Shown: positions 19,451 to 28,933, counted from the stretch's first letter. The stretch: 64,000 bases of DNA from a bacterium (GCA_020057885.1 JAGVEX010000009.1:36704-100703), one strand, 5' to 3'. Notes: generated by a model not told the origin, from the letters alone. Numbers and translations: made by a program.

Positions 19451-20149
19451 TTATTCCTCTGACCTAAAAAAACAAATGTCCTCAGACGGTGGTTGAGATG
19501 AAGCTTCTGTTGTTCCATCTGGTTCACAGTAAATACAATCTTTTTCTCCAAATATTACACATAGGCGCGACGACTTGCTACTAATCGCTATACGGCTCAC
19601 CGTCGCAACTAGAGTCTCGCGGGCAAGCGAGGTTAATTTACCATCTACTAAAGACTTAGGGTCAACTATTGTGAAAATATTCCCAAAGAGTTTTTCCTGT
19701 TCACTTGCTACATACTCAACAGGGTACTGTTTGCAGACGCGCCGCACAATGTAAGGGTAATTGAGTGACACGGAAAATTTATCTATGTCAATCCCAGAAT
19801 TTTTATCAATAACTTCTTTCAAGTTCTCATCAAATACTTTCAGCCTTTCCAAATGCCCGTTACTAACCGCAAAACCATAGTAATGACTTTCCCCTATAAT
19901 CTGTAAGATGACGCAATCTAAAGCTGGTAATAATAAATAGCTGGCTGTTGAAATGATTTTATCTGCCTTCGGTCCGTATTTTTCCATTACAAAATTAATT
20001 AGCATTTGCCTAACTTGTTCTACAGATTTGGTAGAGTCTTCTAAAGATAAGGGGGTGAATTTTTGTATCCCCAATTCTTTAAGTACTTTTACTTGGGGCT
20101 TGAATAACCAGGCGTAAAATTTTTTTAGAAAGTAAATCATAACTACCAC
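19451..20149 (-). CDS. Hypothetical protein
   Basis: 232-aa ORF overlapping the stop of the upstream gene. Confidence 0.7.
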   Translation of the reverse strand: MVVMIYFLKKFYAWLFKPQVKVLKELGIQKFTPLSLEDSTKSVEQVRQMLINFVMEKYGPKADKIISTASYLLLPALDCVILQIIGESHYYGFAVSNGHLERLKVFDENLKEVIDKNSGIDIDKFSVSLNYPYIVRRVCKQYPVEYVASEQEKLFGNIFTIVDPKSLVDGKLTSLARETLVATVSRIAISSKSSRLCVIFGEKDCIYCEPDGTTEASSQPPSEDICFFRSEE

Positions 20150-20586
20150 CTAAAAAGAAAGAAATTAGCTATCATAGTGAGTAAATTAAGTGTAGGATCG
20201 CCATATTCATCAAAAAAATTATTAATTATGACGAATAAAATGATGGCGGGTACCCATAGTGCCCACAGAGGATAGACGTAGCTTTTTACTTTTTTTGAAA
20301 ACAGGTTGTGTAATAGAAAGAATGCCAGCACAAAGAATCCCACCCCCAACCAACGATCAGAATTTACAAAAGAAAAAAAGTTTACATCGCACGTTAAATA
20401 CTTAAATGACATGAAGAGCAACAAAACAATCATGTAACTTCTAAATATAAATCCTAAGAGATATAAAAGCCATCCCCATTTGTATCGCAACAAATCCTTC
20501 TCCCATTGTCTCCATTTTAACTCTTTACTTAATTTACTAGCGTTTTGATCAGTGGACTGAATGGAATTAGAAGTTTCGTCTACCAT
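20143..20586 (-). CDS. Hypothetical multi-pass membrane protein
   Basis: Probable ATG at 20586; 3-4 TM segments. Confidence 0.65.
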   Translation of the reverse strand: MVDETSNSIQSTDQNASKLSKELKWRQWEKDLLRYKWGWLLYLLGFIFRSYMIVLLLFMSFKYLTCDVNFFSFVNSDRWLGVGFFVLAFFLLHNLFSKKVKSYVYPLWALWVPAIILFVIINNFFDEYGDPTLNLLTMIANFFLFRW

Positions 20587-20614
20587 AGAAATATATATTA
20601 GTAAAATTAGTAAC

Positions 20615-20755
20615 ACAAAGCCCCGTGTTAGCTAGGCCTTGCGACCCCATACCGGTTTCCCGGTATGGCCCAATGACGAGTTGCTGAACACGGGGTTCAG
20701 TATCGTCATTGGGTCTTATGCTGCCATGCCCACAGCAGAGTCGTGGGTTTAGGCA
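20615..20755 (-). ncRNA. Candidate structured cis-regulatory RNA
   Basis: GC-rich hairpins with GAAA/GCAA tetraloops; alternative CCCCGUGUU/AACACGGGG pairing. Confidence 0.55.
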
Positions 20756-20871
20756 ATTAAATTGTGATTATATATTAACAAAATTGTACACTATTATCAA
20801 TAAAACAAATTTGAATTTATATCCATAAGTGTCTATAGTTAATATTATAGTAGAGTCAATAATTTAATCGT

Positions 20872-21543
20872 ATGGTGTTGCTTGATGACATAATTAAGAT
20901 TATCGATGTTTTGCTTTTTCATTCGGAAGTTCGCAACGCTTCCGACAGTCTTCCATCTATCCCCATCATCATGTGCATAGGAGACCTTTCTTCGCCAGGT
21001 ATTTCTAAAAATAATACGGTGAATATTTTGAAGAAGTTGTACAATAACCACTGTATCTCCTCCATCCTTCCACTTGATGAGCCAGATGGTACTTTTGGAT
21101 ATGCTTTTTATAACAAGGACGATAGCGCAAGAATATTGTTAACAATATATAATTCGGCACTTATAAATTACAAACAGGAGTTGCTAGATAAATACCTAAA
21201 TAAAAAGACTACAATAGACCAATCCCATTCTTTGCAAAAAGATGGTATTTCATTTAATGACAATACAGGAGTTATAAAAGTAAAAGATAAACAATTTACT
21301 ATTGCGCCAGACACTAATGAGTTTGGGTTATGTAAGTTCATGTTCGATAGTAAAGTACTGGTACCTATAGATTGGTCAGAAGTATATAAATATGTACAAG
21401 GCGAGGAGCCAAAAGATAAGGTTAAAGATAGAAAGGTAATCTATGATGCAATGAAAAGGGTTAATAGACAAATACGAGAGAAAATTGGTGTTTCTGAAGA
21501 TTTTTTCACAGCTCAAAGAAAGACCATCAGACGAAATTACTAA
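20872..21543 (+). CDS. Hypothetical protein with C-terminal OmpR-like winged-helix domain
   Basis: ISFNDNTG..., IDWSEVY..., VIYDAMKRVNRQIREKIG pattern. Confidence 0.6.
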   Translation: MVLLDDIIKIIDVLLFHSEVRNASDSLPSIPIIMCIGDLSSPGISKNNTVNILKKLYNNHCISSILPLDEPDGTFGYAFYNKDDSARILLTIYNSALINYKQELLDKYLNKKTTIDQSHSLQKDGISFNDNTGVIKVKDKQFTIAPDTNEFGLCKFMFDSKVLVPIDWSEVYKYVQGEEPKDKVKDRKVIYDAMKRVNRQIREKIGVSEDFFTAQRKTIRRNY

Positions 21544-21981
21544 AAGTGATCAAAAGTGGCCAAAAGTGGCTCACTGGGCCATTTGCTATGGTTAAGGTAT
21601 AAACAACCTTAACTTTTTTAATTGAACGATAATCATAGAGTTGTATAGAATCGTATACCATAGTATTCAAGATGACTCTGGCACACAAGGTGAATCCATA
21701 AGATGTAATTTACGTTCCTACCTCACCCCCACTACCTTAATGCTAGTCTAACGAATGTAAAAATGGCGTGTCGCAGAGAGAATAACACCCAGGTGAGATT
21801 GTAACTGATTGTTGTGATGAATATATATCACAAGTGTATGAAAATTTTCACTTTGACAAGCATTACAAAACATCAATAATTGGCTTAGTTGAGGTTAAAA
21901 TCATTGTTATAGGAGCATATTAAGTTGTTAAGTTTGTTAACATACTAACTGGGCAATAAATATGGAATATAAATTCAAATT

Positions 21982-22680
21982 ATGGAACAAATTGATGAAA
22001 TACTAAAAAAGAACCCCCCAGTTCAAGCGGAGTCTATAGCGACTTTTGCTACTCTACCCATTAGGCCGAAACTAAAAGAGACGAGGTTATTTTTAGATAA
22101 TGAATATTTTAGTGAAGGGTATGCGGCCAAATTCCCTAATTGGGTGACAGTGGTGTATGGCATATTAGCTAAGTATGCTAACGCAAAGGAACAAACGTGC
22201 TTTCCATCATATGAGACCATAATGAAAGGGTGTGGCGTAAGTAGGAATAAAGTTAATCCCGCCATAAAGGTACTTGAAATTCATAATATCATTGCTGTCC
22301 AACGCTCTAGGGGAGGTAAAAAGAAGCCGAATCAATATATTTTACTTAGTACAACAGTTTGGGAGTCATTTAACAATACCTATTTGAATACGGTTTTAAG
22401 AAACAAAAAGAACCATCAAACAGTACCTGATTTGTATGCCAAACAGTATCTAAATGAGTATCCAAACAGTACCCCCGTTGATACTGTAAATCAACTAACT
22501 AAATCAACTAATGAAATCAATGACGAACCAATAAAAAAACTAGATCAATTAAGACAACAACTAAAAAATGGGGGTATTCTTAAAAGGTCGACAGCCAATG
22601 AGGAGGAAACTCCACTATTAGGTGGTAAAATAGAAGAGTCCACTAGCGGCATTAAGGCTGCTATCAAAGTTGTACCTTAA
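21982..22680 (+). CDS. Phage/plasmid-type replication initiator (HTH_36-like)
   Basis: VYGILAKYAN...CFPSYETIMKGCGVSRNKVNPAIKVLE...NQYIL; internal iteron-like repeats. Confidence 0.8.
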   Translation: MEQIDEILKKNPPVQAESIATFATLPIRPKLKETRLFLDNEYFSEGYAAKFPNWVTVVYGILAKYANAKEQTCFPSYETIMKGCGVSRNKVNPAIKVLEIHNIIAVQRSRGGKKKPNQYILLSTTVWESFNNTYLNTVLRNKKNHQTVPDLYAKQYLNEYPNSTPVDTVNQLTKSTNEINDEPIKKLDQLRQQLKNGGILKRSTANEEETPLLGGKIEESTSGIKAAIKVVP

Positions 22681-22686
22681 CAATTT

Positions 22687-22902
22687 ATGAGTATTGATTC
22701 ACACATTACTTCTAGATTGCCCATGCTCCTAACACCTACGGAGGTAGCCAAGGCTTTACGTATTTCTATGGCGGGCATTTATCGTTTAGTTGATAAACGA
22801 GAGCTTCCGTTCCATAAAGTAGGTCGTGGCTTACGATTTACAGAACAGGATATAGTAGACTACTTATCTAGTGGCCGTGTTGAATCAATAAGGAGAATGT
22901 AA
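22687..22902 (+). CDS. Excisionase / HTH_17 DNA-binding protein
   Basis: LLTPTEVAKALRIS..IYRLV....LPFHKVGRGLRF. Confidence 0.9.
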   Translation: MSIDSHITSRLPMLLTPTEVAKALRISMAGIYRLVDKRELPFHKVGRGLRFTEQDIVDYLSSGRVESIRRM

Positions 22903-22907
22903 ATGCT

Positions 22908-24110
22908 ATGTGTGTTCGTAAAATAGGTACATCTTGGAGAATAGATATTAGGTATCAACACATGCGGTACCGCCTTAAAAGCCCTGAAAACTCTAAAGCT
23001 GGAGCAGAGGCCTATGAAGCTACTTTGCGACAGAAATTAGCCCGTGGTGAGTCTATAGAGCCTGACAAACAAACACAGGTAACGACTATGCCTACGTTCA
23101 AAGAGTTTGCTGAAAAATGGTATCGCATCTATGTTCAAAATAATAATAAACCCTCGGAACAAAATACTAAGTCGTTAACTTTAGGTGCACACCTTTACCC
23201 GTGGTTTGGAAGTACTACGATTGATAAAATTACAGCATTACAGATTGAAGAATATAAAGCGTCAAAGCTTAAAACTGGTTTATCAGAGAAGACGGTTAAT
23301 AATCACTTGATAATTTTGAGTAAGTGTTTACGTACAGCTCAAGATTGGGCCGTGATAAGTGTTATGCCAAAAGTTCAACTACTTAAAGTTCCACCGTCAC
23401 GCTTTGATTTTCTGACACAAGAAGAAAGCGAGAGGCTACTTAAGTCAGTAAACCATCCCTTATGGCACGACATGATTCTATTGGCTTTAAGGACCGGCTT
23501 ACGCTTTGGTGAGATTATTGGTTTAGAGTGGAGTGATATAGATTTTGGGGCACAGGTATTAAATGTGAGGAGGTCTATTGTTGGGGGCGTGATTGGTAGC
23601 CCTAAGAGTAACAAAACACGCTGTATACCACTGACTAATGACATCATTGAGATGTTAAGAAAAAGGCAACATGCTAAAGGATTGGTGTTTGACGATAGTA
23701 TCAGCCAGGTAGTGAACTATTTCACTGCCAGAGATAACCTGACTAAACTTTGCAAGTCTGCTGGTTTGAGAGCTATAGGATGGCACACACTTCGTCATAG
23801 CTTCGCATCACAATTGGTAGCTAAAGGAGTTCCAATAATTACAGTACAAACATTACTAGGTCATTCAGATATAAGGATGACTACACGTTATGCGCACTTA
23901 GCTCCATCAACTTTACGTGAAGCGGTCATACTTTTAGAGAGCAATCCGAGAAATTTTGGGCACCAGATGGGCACTGAGTTTGCAACCCTATTTGACTCAC
24001 CAACGAAAAAAGCTCTTAATAGAGCTTTGTTTCCATCATTTAATTTGGTGGGTCCAGTGGGGATCGAACCCACGACACACGGCTTAAAAGGCCGCTGCTC
24101 TACCAACTGA
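22908..24110 (+). CDS. Tyrosine integrase
   Basis: TGLRFGE, K.., HTLRHSFAS, LLGHSDIRMTTRYAH; ORF runs through att. Confidence 0.95.
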   Translation: MCVRKIGTSWRIDIRYQHMRYRLKSPENSKAGAEAYEATLRQKLARGESIEPDKQTQVTTMPTFKEFAEKWYRIYVQNNNKPSEQNTKSLTLGAHLYPWFGSTTIDKITALQIEEYKASKLKTGLSEKTVNNHLIILSKCLRTAQDWAVISVMPKVQLLKVPPSRFDFLTQEESERLLKSVNHPLWHDMILLALRTGLRFGEIIGLEWSDIDFGAQVLNVRRSIVGGVIGSPKSNKTRCIPLTNDIIEMLRKRQHAKGLVFDDSISQVVNYFTARDNLTKLCKSAGLRAIGWHTLRHSFASQLVAKGVPIITVQTLLGHSDIRMTTRYAHLAPSTLREAVILLESNPRNFGHQMGTEFATLFDSPTKKALNRALFPSFNLVGPVGIEPTTHGLKGRCSTN

Positions 24111-24121
24111 GCTATGGACCC
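24046..24121 (-). tRNA. tRNA-Lys (UUU), CCA encoded
   Basis: GGGTCCATAGCTCAGTTGGTAGAGCAGCGGC-CTTTTAA-GCCGTGTGTCGTGGGTTCGATCCCCACTGGACCCACCA. Confidence 0.96.
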
Positions 24122-24221
24122 AAATTAACCACAGCAAAAGAATTATAAGCGTAACTATATATTATTTCAAGTCCCCCACCCTAATAAGCCGCCCCAGATA
24201 GATTTATCACTCGTTCTTTAT

Positions 24222-24737
24222 TTATTTTTTAATATCCAACAATTTAAATAGCAACTCCCGCGTAACTTCCACATCTGCTAGTGCACGGTGAGCTTTAGGC
24301 TGGGGAATGGCAAAATGTTTAGCCAAATAACCAAGCGCATAACTTGCTACCAAAACCTTACTGCGCGCTAGTTCCAAAGTATCAAGCAAGGGGTTAGCAA
24401 GTGGTGGCAAACCCAAATCACGCAAATGTTTATTTATAAAAGACAAATCAAATTTAATATTGTGCGCTACTAATGTGGCATTCTCGCTAAAAAGCATAAA
24501 AGCCGGTATCACCTCAATTAAAGGTTTACCTTCGCGCTTAATAATATCATTAGTAATACCGTGAATAGCAACTACTTCAGCGTCTACTAATTTATCCGGA
24601 TTCACAATAGTATCAAAAGTATCAACCACTTCTCTACCCCGCACACGCTGAGCAGCCAGCTCAACAATGGCGTGGCCATCCTCTGGTTTCATGCCCGTAG
24701 TTTCCACATCAAAAATTACGTAATCTAAATCTGCCAT
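24222..24737 (-). CDS. DEDDh 3'-5' exonuclease (DnaQ/epsilon-like)
   Basis: FDVETTG, VAHNIKFD, HRALAD. Confidence 0.92.
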   Translation of the reverse strand: MADLDYVIFDVETTGMKPEDGHAIVELAAQRVRGREVVDTFDTIVNPDKLVDAEVVAIHGITNDIIKREGKPLIEVIPAFMLFSENATLVAHNIKFDLSFINKHLRDLGLPPLANPLLDTLELARSKVLVASYALGYLAKHFAIPQPKAHRALADVEVTRELLFKLLDIKK

Positions 24738-24899
24738 AAGCAATAGTTAATAACAAACTAAGTATAATTGATTAAAAACAGCCAGTCGAGGCGCAGATTA
24801 TGGTGGAAAACTCGTGTGAACAAACTGTGTACGGAAATGGGCTTGATTTAGCGCTCCCGCCGCCGTACAATAACCCTACCTATCATACATTGATTTTAT

Positions 24900-26288
24900 A
24901 TGGCACAAGCTAATAATCCGCAATTAGTGGGTAAATTACCCCCACAAAACCTAGATGCTGAAATATCTACCCTGGGCTCACTTTTGATAGATAAAGACGC
25001 CATTATTAAAATAGCCGATATTCTAGACTCTAGTGATTTTTACCTTGACTCGCACGGACAAATTTTTGCGGCCATGCTTGAACTTTATGAAAACCGTATA
25101 CCAATAGATATTTTATCGCTCGCCAGCCGTTTGCAGGAAAAAAATCAGTTGGAAGCAGTGGGTGGACATAGTTATCTTTCTGAATTGGCGAACGAAGTGC
25201 CTACCTCCAGTCACATAGTTTCCTATGCTAAAATTGTGCAACGCAAAAGCACTTTACGAAAACTGTTACGCGCCTCGGCTGATATTACTGAATTAGCCTA
25301 CAAAGAAACAGAAGACGTAGAAAATTTACTGGACGAATCGGAGCGCAGATTATATTCTGTTTCACAAAAATATTACAAACAAAATTTTATTCCCATTAAG
25401 TCAGTACTGAACGAGGCTTTTGACCGTATAGATGAGTTGCACCGTGAATCTGGTAAATTAAGAGGTTTGCCTACTGGTTTTGCTGATCTGGACAATTTGC
25501 TAGCCGGCCTGCAACGTTCTGATTTGGTTGTTTTGGCTGCCCGCCCGAGCGTTGGTAAGACAACTTTAGCGCTCGACATTGCGCGCAATGTGGCCACTAA
25601 ACAAAAAACTCCGGTGGGAATATTTTCGCTAGAAATGTCCAAAGAACAATTGGTGGACAGATTGCTTTGTTCTGAGGCAGGAGTGGATTTGTGGCGTATG
25701 CGCACAGGCAAACTTTCGGAAAAAGAAGATGACTTTCCTCGCATTGGTCACGCCATGGGTGTACTTTCCGAAGCACCAATTTTTATTGACGACTCTGCCA
25801 CTGCTAATGTAATGGAAATTCGCACCAAAGCGCGCCGACTACAAGCGGAACATGGTTTAAGTCTTATAATGGTGGATTATTTACAGTTGATGGAAGGGCG
25901 TAGTACTGAAAACAGAGTGCAGGAAGTAGCTGAGATAACACGCGGACTTAAAGCCCTGGCGCGCGAATTAAATGTTCCAGTGCTGGCACTTTCTCAGCTT
26001 TCACGCGCTGTGGAAATGAGCAAGCCGGCCATTCCCAAACTCGCCCATTTGCGCGAATCTGGTTCTATTGAGCAAGACGCTGACGTAGTAATGTTTATTT
26101 ACCGCAAGGCTGCTGATAAAAATTATCATCCTGATGATATTACTCCCGAAGAAAGGCATATAGCGGAAGTACATATTGCTAAACACCGCAACGGCCCCAC
26201 TGGTTTGGTACGACTATTCTTCGATGAGAACCGTGTTACTTTCCGCAGTATGGAAAGACAAGGCGCCGTTCCACCTCCCACAGAGTAA
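24900..26288 (+). CDS. dnaB: Replicative DNA helicase
   Basis: LAARPSVGKT, FSLEMS, DYLQLM, LSQLSR, LRESGSIEQDAD. Confidence 0.97.
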   Translation: MAQANNPQLVGKLPPQNLDAEISTLGSLLIDKDAIIKIADILDSSDFYLDSHGQIFAAMLELYENRIPIDILSLASRLQEKNQLEAVGGHSYLSELANEVPTSSHIVSYAKIVQRKSTLRKLLRASADITELAYKETEDVENLLDESERRLYSVSQKYYKQNFIPIKSVLNEAFDRIDELHRESGKLRGLPTGFADLDNLLAGLQRSDLVVLAARPSVGKTTLALDIARNVATKQKTPVGIFSLEMSKEQLVDRLLCSEAGVDLWRMRTGKLSEKEDDFPRIGHAMGVLSEAPIFIDDSATANVMEIRTKARRLQAEHGLSLIMVDYLQLMEGRSTENRVQEVAEITRGLKALARELNVPVLALSQLSRAVEMSKPAIPKLAHLRESGSIEQDADVVMFIYRKAADKNYHPDDITPEERHIAEVHIAKHRNGPTGLVRLFFDENRVTFRSMERQGAVPPPTE

Positions 26289-26497
26289 AATCCTAAATCC
26301 AAAACTCTACCTGCCCGCCGCTAGCCTTCAACAATCAACGAATATTACTAGATTAAGCTGCGACTATTTATCGCGAGATAATATCTGTAATGTCAGCTTT
26401 GGCAGGCGGGAATCCTAAACAATAGCGGAGATAAAAAAATTAAAACATTTTGACATTTGGATTTTGGATTTATTTAGATATTAGTAATTAGATATTA
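26288..26497. repeat. Intergenic heptad-repeat/palindrome element, copy 2, with ~80 bp insert
   Basis: Aligns with 1170-1322 apart from an insert inside CCTGCCCGCC..GCAGGCGGG and the absent second palindrome. Confidence 0.75.
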
Positions 26498-26518
26498 AAA
26501 AATTAATTTATACATTTT

Positions 26519-26824
26519 ATGTCAATGTTTTCAAAGCTCAAAGAAATTAAAGACCTGCGCAGTCAGGCTAAAACGATTCAGAACATGTTGGCGCAAGAAA
26601 GCGTGGAAACCAATGCCAATTGGGGCAAAGTAAAAATTAAGATGAATGGCAATCAAGAAATTCAGGCTGTGGAAATTGATGTAGAAATGATGCAACCAAG
26701 TAAAAAATCTGATCTGGAAAAAGCTGTTAAAGAAGCGGTGAATGATGCGAATAAAAAAGTTCAGCGGCTAATGGCAGAAAAAGTAAGACAGCAAGGTGGC
26801 CTTAATATCCCTGGTATAAAATAA
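26519..26824 (+). CDS. ybaB: YbaB/EbfC nucleoid-associated protein
   Basis: GKVKIKMNGNQEI...LE..V.EAVNDA; upstream of recR. Confidence 0.9.
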   Translation: MSMFSKLKEIKDLRSQAKTIQNMLAQESVETNANWGKVKIKMNGNQEIQAVEIDVEMMQPSKKSDLEKAVKEAVNDANKKVQRLMAEKVRQQGGLNIPGIK

Positions 26825-26848
26825 ATTTGTATTTTTTCATCTACTTTT

Positions 26849-27088
26849 ATGTCTATTGAATTAGCTGGGCCAGTAAGAGAATTCACCCCAAAAGAACTAG
26901 AAATAGAAGAAAAGGAATGGCAGAAAAAGAAATCAAAAACAACACCAGTAGAAAAACCATTGGCTCAGATGGAAATGCCACAGTATTGTCCTTCGTGCGG
27001 CACATTTAGTGCTGGGGCAGATGTGTGTCCGAACTGCGAACAAATTATAGAAATTGGGAGTAAAAATAATACGGAGCCATCTAGCTAA
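26849..27088 (+). CDS. Small zinc-ribbon protein
   Basis: CPSCG ... CPNC. Confidence 0.65.
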   Translation: MSIELAGPVREFTPKELEIEEKEWQKKKSKTTPVEKPLAQMEMPQYCPSCGTFSAGADVCPNCEQIIEIGSKNNTEPSS

Positions 27089-27159
27089 AATTTTCTATTT
27101 TTAATTTAACCAAAAAGAGCTTCCATAAAAAGCTCTTTTTGGTTATAGTAAATAGCGTT

Positions 27160-27759
27160 ATGTCCCCTACACCACGCGCCCTGGAAAGGCTGCTACAAGA
27201 ATTCACCAAACTACCCGGCATTGGTCCCAAGACCGCTGAACGGCTGGTTTATTATCTTTTAAAACAACCAAAAAGCGAACTGGAAGCTATGGCCGCCTCG
27301 CTGGCCCAGGTTAAAGACGAAGTTTTAACTTGCACCTCTTGTTTTAGGTTCACTGACCAAAATCCCTGCCCCATTTGCACTGATTCACGCCGCGACAAAA
27401 CTTTGCTGTGCGTGGTGGCAGAAAGCCAAAATATACCAGTCTTAGAGAAAACCAACGCCTTCCACGGCCTTTATCACGTGCTAGGAGGCGTGGTAAGCCC
27501 ACTTAATGGTGTAACACCTGATAAGCTTAAAATTAAGGAGCTGGAAGCACGCCTTAAGGCGGGTGGGGTAAAAGAGGTTATTTTGGCGCTCAACCCTGAT
27601 TTAGACGGCGAAACCACAGCTCTTTACCTGGCTAAAATAATTAAACCGTTAAATATAAAAGTTACGCGACTGGCACGCGGATTGCCGGTAGGAGCGGACT
27701 TGGAATATGCCGATGAAGTAACATTGGAAAATGCCATTACCGGCCGCAGAGAAGTATAA
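27160..27759 (+). CDS. recR: Recombination mediator RecR
   Basis: LPGIGPKTAERL, C4 zinc finger, YHVLGG, toprim domain. Confidence 0.96.
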   Translation: MSPTPRALERLLQEFTKLPGIGPKTAERLVYYLLKQPKSELEAMAASLAQVKDEVLTCTSCFRFTDQNPCPICTDSRRDKTLLCVVAESQNIPVLEKTNAFHGLYHVLGGVVSPLNGVTPDKLKIKELEARLKAGGVKEVILALNPDLDGETTALYLAKIIKPLNIKVTRLARGLPVGADLEYADEVTLENAITGRREV

Positions 27760-27762
27760 ATA

Positions 27763-27797
27763 CAAAAACGCTCTGATATTAATCAGAGCGTTTTGTT
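27763..27797. terminator. Bidirectional terminator
   Basis: aaaacgctctgat-atta-atcagagcgtttt. Confidence 0.75.
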
Positions 27798-27810
27798 AAG
27801 TATATTTAAC

Positions 27811-27876
27811 TTAAGCTGCTGGAGTTGCTGGGGGACAAGTACAAGGATCGTTTTGGCATGTTGGACATGTATCCAT
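27811..27876 (-). CDS. Cys-rich micropeptide (21 aa)
   Basis: MDTCPTCQNDPCTCPPATPAA with AAGGAG SD. Confidence 0.55.
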   Translation of the reverse strand: MDTCPTCQNDPCTCPPATPAA

Positions 27877-27940
27877 AATATTTTTCTCCTTTTTCAACAA
27901 CTATAAGAGCTGCCAAAAAATTAAGAATAAGTAAATTAAA

Positions 27941-28255
27941 TTAATTTATTTTTTCCATTTTGATTTCAGTAAAGGGCTGGCGGTGTCCGTACTTTTTGTG
28001 ATGACGCACTTTGGCTTTGTAATGCACTACTAAAACTTTTTTAGCGCGGCCTTGTTTAACAACTTTAGCATCTACCGTGGTTTTAACCTGCGGCTGACCA
28101 AAATTTACTGAACTGCCGTCGGCTTCTGCTGTCATTAACACATCATCAAAAACTAAATCGTCTTTAAGGGTAAGTAATTTTTCTACTTTAAGCACATCGC
28201 CCTCTTTTACTATGTACTGCTTGCCTCCTGTTCTTATAACTGCGATTTTTGACAT
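27941..28255 (-). CDS. rplU: 50S ribosomal protein L21
   Basis: TGGKQYIV..G, GHRQPFT. Confidence 0.96.
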   Translation of the reverse strand: MSKIAVIRTGGKQYIVKEGDVLKVEKLLTLKDDLVFDDVLMTAEADGSSVNFGQPQVKTTVDAKVVKQGRAKKVLVVHYKAKVRHHKKYGHRQPFTEIKMEKIN

Positions 28256-28336
28256 AAAAATATAAATAAAAAACAGCCGATAAACTGCTCTTTTTATAAT
28301 AGACGATAACTCATATTATGTCAACCCTAACCCGCT

Positions 28337-28801
28337 TTAGGGTAACATGGTTACTGCCATACCATTTTGGATGTTATTTTGTGTCGCCCAGCCAGCTGGA
28401 ACTTCTATAACTCCATCAACTTCACTATTTGGCCGCAAGGTAACAGGTTGAGGCGATTGGGGCGTTGGCGCTGGTACATTGGTAGTAACTTGCGCAACCG
28501 CGCCATTTTTTATCCAAATAAAATCAAGCGAAAACTTCATGCCCTTCATCCAAAAACCATAAACACCTGGTTTGGGAAACGTAAAAAGCATACCCCGCCC
28601 AGCTGGTAAACTTTCACGACCAGATAAGCCTTGCTGACGTGCGCTATCGGTGTCCGCCACTTCTACAGTTAAATTTGCCTCCCCCACCTTAATCTCACGA
28701 ATAGGAAGAGTAGAAACAGAAGAAGTAATTGGAGTTTGGGACACAGCACAGCCCCAAAGCGCAAAGCTTAAAATAATTGCTGACAATACACGACTTGACA
28801 T
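28337..28801 (-). CDS. DUF192 family lipoprotein
   Basis: VEVADT..RQQGLSGR, GMLF.F, FWMKGMKFSLD; lipobox LWGC. Confidence 0.9.
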   Translation of the reverse strand: MSSRVLSAIILSFALWGCAVSQTPITSSVSTLPIREIKVGEANLTVEVADTDSARQQGLSGRESLPAGRGMLFTFPKPGVYGFWMKGMKFSLDFIWIKNGAVAQVTTNVPAPTPQSPQPVTLRPNSEVDGVIEVPAGWATQNNIQNGMAVTMLP

Positions 28802-28933
28802 AATTACTTACTTATATTACACTAATCTATTAAATTAGTGTATCTTTTATATTAAAGAATGTTGCAAAAATAGAAAATAAACACAATAAAATAAATCATA
28901 AAAACAAATATAACAATTTAAAAAGGAGTAAAT

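Larger units (their letters stand above)
16522..24068. mobile_element. ~7.5 kb integrative element (rep-xis-int plus AbiE cargo) in the tRNA-Lys 3' end
   Basis: 46-bp direct repeats at 16522-16567 and 24023-24068, including the tRNA 3' end; tyrosine integrase and excisionase present. Confidence 0.92.
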
